Positions 56,484 to 64,000 of a stretch of 64,000 bases of DNA are shown piece by piece; position 1 is the first letter of the stretch, and each line of letters opens with the position of its first letter. The notes beneath the pieces are model-generated. The model made no database searches. It saw nothing but the letters and a program-made list of their open reading frames with translations, and was not told the DNA's origin. Position numbers and translations under genes: made by a program. Origin of the DNA: Clostridia bacterium (lineage in GTDB: Bacteria > Bacillota > Clostridia > Christensenellales > UBA1242). The stretch covers positions 955 through 64,954 of the forward strand of contig JAFTTP010000002.1 in the NCBI GenBank assembly GCA_017466725.1, written 5' to 3'.

Positions 56484-57854
56484 ATGTTAAAGAAACACTC
56501 AAAAATCAAATTTTTTATATTAACTATTATTGCAATATTGGGCGTACTATTAAGCGTATGCTCTTTTTCAGTTCCAAACTCACAAACTAATTTCCCAGGT
56601 TTCTTAAGTTTGATTAATAAAGGTATTGAGCTCAATGGTGGAGTAGAGGCTGTTTACACATGCACACTTAAAGAGGGTGTAAAAACCGACTTAGACGATG
56701 CAGTTGAAGATGCGGCTGGCAAGGTTGAAGAACTTTATACTAAACTTAGTGCAAATATTGGATATAACGAACTTCATGTAAACAAACTTGGTAACAACAA
56801 AATACAAGTTTTATTTTCTGATGATGCCAGTGTGGCTGATCCTATTTATGAGTATACAAAAACATCAAAAGAACTTTACATGACTTTAACTGAATCTGCA
56901 GACGCAAACAGATATGTATTCCCAAATGACGTTGCATCTGTTGTGATTGGACGAGATGCAACTGACTCTTCACTTGGAATTAATGTCAACTTTACATCTT
57001 TAGGGCAGTCACATATTCAAGACTTGAAATCTCATGCGGATGATGATGCAACTGTTTACATCTATATGGGCAGCGAACTTTTTACATCTGTATCAGTTGA
57101 CGAAGTTAAAAATGGCATGTTTATTACAAGCGACAGTGTAACAGAAGATACAATTATTGAAACTTGCCATAATATTATTGCGGGAAGTATGGAAGTTAGT
57201 TTTACAGACGTTTCTGTTCACGAACTTTCACCAGCTCTTGGTATAAATGTAAAACTTTACATCTTAATTGCGCTGGCTGTTATAATTTGCATGGCTTTCG
57301 CATTTATGTATGTTAGATACGGTCACTTGGGGCTTATTGCAATGCTTTCAATGACATTCTATTTAGTTTTGTTTGTATTCTTCATGCAAGCTATTCCATT
57401 TATTGTAATGAATTTAGTTGGGGTAATTGCGGGGGTAGCAGCATTCCTTATTGCAACAGCTGCAAATTGTTATATCTTTGAAAAAATCAGGGACGAGTAT
57501 GCCATCGGAAAGAAGATTCATATCTCTTGTAAGAGTGCATTTAAGTCTGCTTTGTGGCCTATTATCGACAGTCACGTCGCATTGGCACTTGCATCAATCT
57601 GCATTTGGATTTTCGCACCAGCCAGCGTAAAACTTGTTGGTGTAGCACTATTAGTCGGTGCAGTTCTCTCTGTATTTACATCACTTGCAATGACAAGATA
57701 TTTTGTGAATTTATACCTTCCACTTAACAGTACAAAACCACAAAAACTTCGTTTGTATAGAGATAAAAATGTAAAAGAAATTAAACAAGATGAGGTTGAA
57801 ATTATCTCTCCAGATCAAACAATCGCTCAAAATGGGGAGGGTGAAAATGAATAA
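56484..57854 (+). CDS. secD: Protein translocase subunit SecD
   Basis: An N-terminal TM helix, a large periplasmic-type domain and 5 C-terminal TM helices. It is followed by an overlapping secF. Confidence 0.9.
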   Translation: MLKKHSKIKFFILTIIAILGVLLSVCSFSVPNSQTNFPGFLSLINKGIELNGGVEAVYTCTLKEGVKTDLDDAVEDAAGKVEELYTKLSANIGYNELHVNKLGNNKIQVLFSDDASVADPIYEYTKTSKELYMTLTESADANRYVFPNDVASVVIGRDATDSSLGINVNFTSLGQSHIQDLKSHADDDATVYIYMGSELFTSVSVDEVKNGMFITSDSVTEDTIIETCHNIIAGSMEVSFTDVSVHELSPALGINVKLYILIALAVIICMAFAFMYVRYGHLGLIAMLSMTFYLVLFVFFMQAIPFIVMNLVGVIAGVAAFLIATAANCYIFEKIRDEYAIGKKIHISCKSAFKSALWPIIDSHVALALASICIWIFAPASVKLVGVALLVGAVLSVFTSLAMTRYFVNLYLPLNSTKPQKLRLYRDKNVKEIKQDEVEIISPDQTIAQNGEGENE

Positions 57855-58881
57855 GAAATTACTATCTTTAGACAATAAAATTAAAAATTCTAAATGTCAA
57901 ATTGCTAAAAATATTTGGTATTATGCAATTGCGCCAGTTGTTATACTTGTTGTAGGAATAATCCTCTTATGTACAGTAGGCTTTAATGGCGGAATTCAAA
58001 TGAATGGCGGAAGTACATTCACTTTGTATGTAAATAATGGTGGCGAAATCAGTGCGCCAGCAGTTCAATATGATATTGATAAAGATTACGATGAGATTTG
58101 CAATAAAATCACTTCTATATTGGCTGACGGAAATTTAAAGGTTGCAAGATTTCAAAAAACTGAAATTGACATTGAAGGTGTTATTGCTGGCGGAGACGCA
58201 GTAAAAGTTGTATTTTTAAATACAAGCAGTGATAACAAACAAATTGCTTTAGAAAATGAGGCAATCACAAGCAGAATACTTGCTGGTTTTGGATATAATT
58301 CTCATCCAGAGGCAATCACAAGCATTGATCGCTTTGAGGGTACTTTGTCTCTTACTTGGGCAATTGCTTTGGGGGCAAGCATAATTTTTGCTGTAACGCT
58401 CGCATTTGTCTATATGGCGTTTAGAACCCGCACTGCATCTTGGATTTTAGGTCTTTTGCATGTGGCATTCGACATCGCTTTAGTGGCAAGTTTATTACTT
58501 ATTTGTCGCGTACCAGTAAGTACAGCAATTTCTGCTGCAGCCATTGTTACAGCACTTTTATCTATGATCAACGTATTTGCTTTCTATTCTAAGGCAAAAT
58601 TAAACATTGATAACGGAATTTTTGAAAACTTAAAAACAACAAAAATGGCAGATATTGTAACAAAAGAAATGGCATTGAAAAAATGTATAGTTTACATTAT
58701 GCTGTTTGTTATTGCACTATTTTTAGTTGTTTGGCCTGTTGGGGCGTTAAGAGAAATTGCTTTGGGGGTAATGTTTGCGCTTATTGCAACATTCTATACT
58801 TCAAACTGTGTATTACCAGCAATTTGGGCAGGTTCATACATTCCAGCAAAAAAGAAAAAGAAAGTTCAAAAAGAGGCATAA
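57847..58881 (+). CDS. secF: Protein translocase subunit SecF
   Basis: Start at MNKKLLS, with RBS GGAGGGTG and an 8-nt overlap with secD. SecF-type topology. Confidence 0.88.
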   Translation: MNKKLLSLDNKIKNSKCQIAKNIWYYAIAPVVILVVGIILLCTVGFNGGIQMNGGSTFTLYVNNGGEISAPAVQYDIDKDYDEICNKITSILADGNLKVARFQKTEIDIEGVIAGGDAVKVVFLNTSSDNKQIALENEAITSRILAGFGYNSHPEAITSIDRFEGTLSLTWAIALGASIIFAVTLAFVYMAFRTRTASWILGLLHVAFDIALVASLLLICRVPVSTAISAAAIVTALLSMINVFAFYSKAKLNIDNGIFENLKTTKMADIVTKEMALKKCIVYIMLFVIALFLVVWPVGALREIALGVMFALIATFYTSNCVLPAIWAGSYIPAKKKKKVQKEA

Positions 58882-58934
58882 ATCAAAAATGCTTCTTTTT
58901 TATTTATATTTTTTAGATTATTAAGTAAAAACAC

Positions 58935-58963
58935 TTGACAAAATATTGCGGCTGTGTTATCAT
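58935..58963 (+). promoter_or_regulatory. Sigma-A promoter TTGACA-17-TATCAT upstream of rpsB
   Basis: -35 and -10 hexamers with a 17-nt spacer. This predicts a ~160-nt 5-prime UTR before the rpsB ATG at 59132. Confidence 0.65.
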
Positions 58964-59131
58964 TTCATCGTCATTGAGACAAATATGCACTTATAGTATA
59001 TTCATTTGCAGTTGCCTAACACTAATCATAATGCAAAACTATATTATTTATGATTAAAAAGAGATTTCTGAGGTCGCAATTTGGAGATAGAAAACTATAA
59101 GGAAGGACAAAAACAAAAGGAGGAAAAAAGT

Positions 59132-60028
59132 ATGTCAGTTATTTCAATGAAACAACTTCTTGAAGCGGGCGTTCACTTTGGTCACCAAACTAGAAAGTGG
59201 AACCCTAAGATGAAAAAATATATCTTTACTGCACGTAACGATATTCACATCATCAATCTCGAACAAACATCAGAACAAGTTGATAAAGCATATGCTTTCA
59301 TCAGAGATGTTGTTGCTTCAGGAAAGAAAGTTCTTTTCGTAGGAACTAAAAAACAGGCTCAAGAAGCCGTAAAGGAAGAAGCTGAGAGAAGTGGAATGTA
59401 TTACATCAACTCTCGTTGGCTTGGAGGTTGCCTCACAAACTTCAAAACTATTAAGTCAAGAATTGAAAGACTTAATAAACTCAACCAAATGGAAAAGGTA
59501 GGCGAGTTTGATCTTTTACCTAAGAAGGAAGTTACTATCCTTAAAACAGAAAGAGAAAAACTTGAGAAAAACCTTGGCGGAATCAAAGAAATGAGAGAAC
59601 TTCCTGGGGTTGTAGTTGTAGTTGACCCAAGCTGTGAACACATTTGCGTAAACGAATGTAAAGTTCTTGGAATCCCAATGGTTGGCCTTGTTGATACAAA
59701 CGGCAATCCAGATGGAATTCAATATGTAATTCCTGGCAACGATGACGCTATCAGATCTGTTAAACTTATCATTGCTGCACTTGCTGATGCTGTAATTGAA
59801 GCTAGAGAAGGCGTTTCTATGCAGAAAGAAGAAAGCGAAGACGAAGATATTGATCTTGAAAAAGCACTTGCTGAAACAAAACCAAATCTTGAAATTGCTG
59901 AAGCCGGCGAAGAAAAAGCAAAAAAAGCTAGAAAAAAGCCAGCTGCAAAGAAAAAAGTTGAAGTAAAACCTCAACAAACTGAAGAAGTTAAAGTAGAAGA
60001 AACAAAATCTGAAAATGAAGGAGAATAA
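59132..60028 (+). CDS. rpsB: 30S ribosomal protein S2 with a Lys/Glu-rich C-terminal extension
   Basis: [27 protein letters not shown] with RBS AAGGAGG. The ORF-track start at 59081 is upstream of the RBS and unlikely. Confidence 0.96.
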   Translation: MSVISMKQLLEAGVHFGHQTRKWNPKMKKYIFTARNDIHIINLEQTSEQVDKAYAFIRDVVASGKKVLFVGTKKQAQEAVKEEAERSGMYYINSRWLGGCLTNFKTIKSRIERLNKLNQMEKVGEFDLLPKKEVTILKTEREKLEKNLGGIKEMRELPGVVVVVDPSCEHICVNECKVLGIPMVGLVDTNGNPDGIQYVIPGNDDAIRSVKLIIAALADAVIEAREGVSMQKEESEDEDIDLEKALAETKPNLEIAEAGEEKAKKARKKPAAKKKVEVKPQQTEEVKVEETKSENEGE

Positions 60029-60030
60029 TT

Positions 60031-60687
60031 ATGAACTTTACCGCTAAAGATGTTGCTGATCTTAGAGCAAAAACAAATGCAGGAATGATGGACTGCAAAA
60101 AAGCACTTTCAGAATGCAATGGAGATTTTGAAAAGGCAATGGTATGGCTTAGAGAAAAGGGTATTGCAGCTGCCGCTAAAAAACAATCTAGAATTGCGTC
60201 AGAAGGTATTGTTACATCTTACATCCACATGGGTGGGAAAATCGGTGTTCTCGTAGAAATCAACTGCGAAACAGACTTCGTTGCTAAAACAGACGAATTT
60301 CTTGAAATTGGTCACGACGTAGCACTTCAAATTGCTGCTGCAGCGCCAAAATATGTAAGAATTGAAGACGTTCCAGCAAATGAAGTTGAAGCAGAAAAAG
60401 AAATTCTTAAAAACCAAGCACTCAACGAAGGCAAACCAGCCGCAATCGTTGACAAAATGGTTGAAGGAAGAGTTAAAAAATTCTATCAAGATGTTTGTCT
60501 TCTTGAACAAGCGTTTGTTAAAGATCCTTCAATGACAATTCAACAATATATCAACGAAAAAACACTCAAAATCGGAGAAAAAATCTCAATTAGAAGATTT
60601 GTTAGATTTGAAATGGGTGAAGGTCTCGAAAAGAGAAACGAAAACCTCGCTGAAGAAGTTGAAAAGCAAATGAGAGGAAACAAATAA
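60031..60687 (+). CDS. tsf: Elongation factor Ts (short form)
   Basis: The UBA-like N-terminus [16 protein letters not shown]. At 218 aa it is a short-type EF-Ts. Confidence 0.95.
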   Translation: MNFTAKDVADLRAKTNAGMMDCKKALSECNGDFEKAMVWLREKGIAAAAKKQSRIASEGIVTSYIHMGGKIGVLVEINCETDFVAKTDEFLEIGHDVALQIAAAAPKYVRIEDVPANEVEAEKEILKNQALNEGKPAAIVDKMVEGRVKKFYQDVCLLEQAFVKDPSMTIQQYINEKTLKIGEKISIRRFVRFEMGEGLEKRNENLAEEVEKQMRGNK

Positions 60688-60695
60688 TTAAAAAT

Positions 60696-60725
60696 AAGAG
60701 TTGTCGCAAGATAACTCTTTTTTTA
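60696..60725 (+). terminator. Rho-independent terminator after tsf
   Basis: Stem AAGAGTT / AACTCTT followed by a T-run. Confidence 0.8.
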
Positions 60726-60814
60726 ATCAAATTTTGCTATATTTCTTGGGTTTTAGGCTTAAATCATTTGCAAAAAAAGTTTGTTTATTGTAGAATATTC
60801 ACAAGGAGATTATT

Positions 60815-61381
60815 ATGAACGAAATGGTAGAAGAAATTTTAAATTCTTGTAAAACAGATTGTACAAAGGCGGTTGATCACCAAATTCAAGAATATCTTGT
60901 AACAAGGGCGGGCAGAGCAAACCCTCATATTTTAGATAAAGTTTCAATAGATTATTATGGGGTGCCAACACCAATCAAGAACATGGCAAGCATCAGTGTG
61001 CCAGAAGCACGCATTCTTGCAATCAACGTTTGGGATCAAAGTCAACACAAAAACGTGGTTAAGGCCATCACAGAAGCAAACTTGGGCGTAAACCCAAACG
61101 AAGACGGAAAAACAATCCGACTTATTTTCCCTGCGCTTACAGAAGAACGTAGAAAAGAACTTGTAAAACAGATTAAAAAGGTGGCAGAAGATACTAAGGT
61201 TGTAATTAGAAACGCTAGACGTGACGCTATGGATATGCTTAAAGATCTTCAAAAAGAAGGGGAAATTTCAGAAGACGAGCAAAAGCGTTATGAAGACGAA
61301 GTTCAAAAGATTATCAACGGATATACTTCAGAGGTTGATAATAACTTTGCTGCCAAAGAAAAAGAGATTATGGAGATATAA
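60815..61381 (+). CDS. frr: Ribosome recycling factor
   Basis: 188 aa with RRF family resemblance over the full length (GRANPHILD, LTEERRKELVK, IRNARRDA). Confidence 0.96.
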   Translation: MNEMVEEILNSCKTDCTKAVDHQIQEYLVTRAGRANPHILDKVSIDYYGVPTPIKNMASISVPEARILAINVWDQSQHKNVVKAITEANLGVNPNEDGKTIRLIFPALTEERRKELVKQIKKVAEDTKVVIRNARRDAMDMLKDLQKEGEISEDEQKRYEDEVQKIINGYTSEVDNNFAAKEKEIMEI

Positions 61382-61407
61382 TCTTTGAGAAATTAAAAGG
61401 ATTATAT

Positions 61408-62106
61408 ATGAAAATTAATAAATCTTGTATGCCAACTCACATTGCAATTATTATGGATGGCAATGGAAGATGGGCAACTAGGCGCGGACTTCCTAGAAAA
61501 TTAGGGCACAAGGCGGGCGTTGATGCCGTAAAAAGAACAATAAATGCCTGCTTAAAGCATAACATCAAGTATTGTACTTTTTTTGCATTTTCAACTGAGA
61601 ACTGGAAGCGTAGTAAAGAAGAGGTTGATGCCATTTTTGACCTTGTGCGCGACCACATAAAAGAAAATATTGAAAAAATGATTGAAAAAGGCATTAAAAT
61701 TAATTCTATTGGAGTGCTTGAACGTTTTCCAAAAGACTTAGTTGATACATTAAATGATGCAAAAGAAAAAACGAAAGATTTTGACAAATTGACCGTAACA
61801 TTTGCCCTGAATTATGGGGGAAGAGACGACCTTGTGCGGGCGTTTAATAAACTTATAAAACAGGGGATACAGGAGATTACGACGCAAGATATATCAAACA
61901 ATTTGGACAGCGCAAATCTGCCAGATCCAGATTTTGTGATTAGAACGAGTGGAGAACAGCGAATTTCCAATTTCATGCTTTATCAAATGGCTTATAGCGA
62001 ATTATATTTCCCAAAAACATATTGGCCAGACTTTAACGAAAAACATCTTTTGAAGGCTGTTGCAGCCTATCAAAAACGAGACAGACGATACGGAGGAATA
62101 AAGTGA
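61408..62106 (+). CDS. uppS: Isoprenyl transferase (undecaprenyl diphosphate synthase)
   Basis: HIAIIMDGNGRWA, FSTENWKR and RTSGEQRISNF motifs. Confidence 0.96.
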   Translation: MKINKSCMPTHIAIIMDGNGRWATRRGLPRKLGHKAGVDAVKRTINACLKHNIKYCTFFAFSTENWKRSKEEVDAIFDLVRDHIKENIEKMIEKGIKINSIGVLERFPKDLVDTLNDAKEKTKDFDKLTVTFALNYGGRDDLVRAFNKLIKQGIQEITTQDISNNLDSANLPDPDFVIRTSGEQRISNFMLYQMAYSELYFPKTYWPDFNEKHLLKAVAAYQKRDRRYGGIK

Positions 62107-63068
62107 AAAAAAGATTATACTCGGGGGCAATTTTTGTAGCAATACTAGCAGTTGCATTTGTTCTAAAAGCAACAGTAAGCAATTACTTTTTTGACGCACT
62201 AATTTTAGCAATTGCATGTATTTCAAGTTTAGAATTTTCTAAAATGCTTACAAAAATGGGGAAGTTTAACAACAAAATTCTTGCAACTGTGCAGCCTTGC
62301 GCGCTAATGTTGGCACTGCTGCTTTGTATAGCATATCAATCAAGCATTAGTTTAATATTTACAATCTTGATTGCAATTGCTGTAGTGGTTGTATTTACAA
62401 TTGCTGCATTTCTTTGGTCTGTTTTTACTGCAAAAAAGACAAAAAGGGAGATGGAAACAAGAAAAATTTCATATGGTTTGAGCAAATTTGCTCTTATCAA
62501 AGCGGTTAACACTTTGATTGTATACCTTTATCCTGCATTTTTAATGATGTTTTTAACTTTAATTAATCATATGGGTGACTTAACTGCAACATTTACTGCA
62601 TTAGGTGAAACCGGCGGATTAGTATCAGTTATTGTACTTATTTTCGCCTTCCTCATTCCTATCTTTTCTGATACATTTGCTTACCTTGTTGGCGGACTGG
62701 TTGGTGGCAGAAAGCTTGCTCCTAAAATCAGCCCAAACAAAACAGTTTCTGGCGCAGTTGGTGGGGGTGTATTCTGCGTTTTACTTTCAATTGTATTGCT
62801 TGTAATCTTAAACGCAATTCCTGCAACTGCAGTTGCCGTTGAAACTGCTGGTATTTCAATTTGGAAAGTGGCAATAATTTCTTTACTTGGTTCATGCCTT
62901 GGACAGGCAGGAGACCTATTTGAAAGTTATTTAAAGCGTTTGGCTGGTGTAAAAGACGCTGGCAAAATTATGCCCGGACACGGCGGTTTGCTTGATAGAT
63001 TTGATTCGCATTTATTTGTAGCACCTTTTGTTTTTGTTGCTTTTAGTATTTTATTTGTGTTGATTTAG
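62103..63068 (+). CDS. cdsA: Phosphatidate cytidylyltransferase
   Basis: GTG start overlapping the uppS stop. CTP-transferase signature SYLKRLAGVKDAGKIMPGHGGLLDRFDS. Confidence 0.93.
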   Translation: MKKRLYSGAIFVAILAVAFVLKATVSNYFFDALILAIACISSLEFSKMLTKMGKFNNKILATVQPCALMLALLLCIAYQSSISLIFTILIAIAVVVVFTIAAFLWSVFTAKKTKREMETRKISYGLSKFALIKAVNTLIVYLYPAFLMMFLTLINHMGDLTATFTALGETGGLVSVIVLIFAFLIPIFSDTFAYLVGGLVGGRKLAPKISPNKTVSGAVGGGVFCVLLSIVLLVILNAIPATAVAVETAGISIWKVAIISLLGSCLGQAGDLFESYLKRLAGVKDAGKIMPGHGGLLDRFDSHLFVAPFVFVAFSILFVLI

Positions 63069-63077
63069 TGAGGTAAA

Positions 63078-64000
63078 ATGACCACAATATTATATGTTGT
63101 AATTGCCATAGCAGTGCTTTTACTTATGGTTTTAATCCATGAGTTTGGGCATTACGTTGTTGGCAGAATGTTAAAGTTTAAAATCACCGAATTCTCAATT
63201 GGTTTCGGTAAGGCGCTTTTTTCGCGCAAAAACAAGCGTGGCGAGGTGATATCTCTGCGTTTATTCCCGCTGGGCGGCTTTTGTGCATTTGAAGGGGAAG
63301 ATGAGGATAAGCCAAATAACCCTGATGCATTCAACAATCAAGCGCCATGGAAACGCATCTTAGTATTTTTAGCTGGGGTAACATTTAACTTCGCTACTGC
63401 GGTGATTTTTTCGATTATTTTACTTTGCAGCATTGGGTACGATATACAACAGGTTAAAGGTCTAACCGAAGTTGATACAACTAAAATTGAACAATATGTA
63501 GAAGGCTCATTTTCTGACCTTTACGAAGTTGTTCCTGAAGCAGAAAGATTGCACGAAGGCGATATAATAGTTGCAATTGATGGCAAAAAAATTGATTTTG
63601 CGTTTGGTACGACATACAAAGAACAACTTGACAAAGCAGCTGAAAAAGTTGAAGATTTTATTTCTAAGCAAACTGACGGCTTAGAGGGGGCAGAATTGCA
63701 GAAAGCCAGCAGAGAAGCTTTCCCATATAGTAATGTTTATACAACGGCAACCGTAAAACGTGGAGGTGAATACCAAGAAGTAACTTTCGCACTATATCGC
63801 TATGAAACTTATGCTATGAAAGATGGCAAAAAAGTGCCTATGATTGATGAAGACACCAAGCAAATAATCAAAGACGAAAATGGCGACACTGTCTTCCAAA
63901 TTTACACGCATTATGGATGGAACAGTAAAATTAAAATAGGCAGTTATGTTCATACCTTTGGTGAGGCGGTTGAGCGCGCAGTACCATTTTCATTTGGACT
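63078..64000 (+). CDS. rseP: RIP metalloprotease RseP (M50), 3-prime partial at the window end
   Basis: Not in the ORF track because it runs off the window. My own translation is MTTILYVVIAIAVLLLMVLIHEFGHYVVGRMLKFKITEFSIGFGKALFSRKNKRGEVISLRLFPLGGFCAFEGEDED..., with a PDZ-like region following. Confidence 0.88.
   Translation, partial: MTTILYVVIAIAVLLLMVLIHEFGHYVVGRMLKFKITEFSIGFGKALFSRKNKRGEVISLRLFPLGGFCAFEGEDEDKPNNPDAFNNQAPWKRILVFLAGVTFNFATAVIFSIILLCSIGYDIQQVKGLTEVDTTKIEQYVEGSFSDLYEVVPEAERLHEGDIIVAIDGKKIDFAFGTTYKEQLDKAAEKVEDFISKQTDGLEGAELQKASREAFPYSNVYTTATVKRGGEYQEVTFALYRYETYAMKDGKKVPMIDEDTKQIIKDENGDTVFQIYTHYGWNSKIKIGSYVHTFGEAVERAVPFSFG

Noticed and set aside
1-64000. A search for CRISPR arrays, rRNA operons, integrases, transposases, prophage blocks, restriction-modification systems and toxin-antitoxin pairs
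   Set aside because: I saw no regularly spaced repeats, no recombinase or transposase motifs, and no gene pair with recognisable defence or TA signatures. The only stable RNAs found are tRNA-Ser and RNase P RNA.

Overview
The window is a low-GC, Firmicutes-type core chromosomal segment. Gene content points to an endospore-forming Clostridia-like lineage. About 65 protein genes are visible, almost all on the + strand and tightly packed, often with overlapping stop and start codons. Recognisable blocks in order are: ftsK-rimO-pgsA-recA; miaB-mutS-mutL-miaA; scpA-scpB plus a SpoIVFB-like protease; mnmA; degV; pta-ackA; rpmF-plsX-rnc-smc-ftsY; pro-sigK; rnpB (RNase P RNA); rarA; polA-ruvX-DUF1292; ytxC, a Thr T-box leader and thrS; yajC-secD-secF; and rpsB-tsf-frr-uppS-cdsA-rseP. 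One tRNA-Ser(GGA) lies on the minus strand. Several textbook sigma-A promoters (TTGACA-17-TATAAT) and rho-independent terminators can be read directly. I saw no CRISPR array, transposase, integrase, prophage or rRNA. There is no clear multi-gene novel system. The most unusual items are single genes or very small islets. (1) An AT-rich two-gene islet at 17.1-18.1 kb carries an orphan protein and a stand-alone acyl-carrier-like gene bracketed by a 25-nt direct repeat, while the canonical acpP slot between plsX and rnc is empty. (2) A 452-aa protein has a C-terminus that looks like a diadenylate-cyclase (DisA_N) fold, with DGA kept but RHR replaced. (3) A HIT hydrolase is fused in frame to an intact RNase HI. 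(4) A membrane HAMP/cyclase/TPR protein has its class III cyclase metal ligands substituted. (5) A stand-alone E2/CAT-like acyltransferase domain reads DERVADG instead of DHRxxDG and ends in a poly-Lys tail. (6) MiaB lacks its TRAM domain and ThrS lacks its TGS domain. Several conserved neighbourhoods are also contracted: no fab/acpP between plsX and rnc, no pyrH between tsf and frr, no dxr between cdsA and rseP, no hfq after miaA. This suggests a streamlined genome. All calls rest on reading motifs by eye. No database search, HMM or composition calculation was run.
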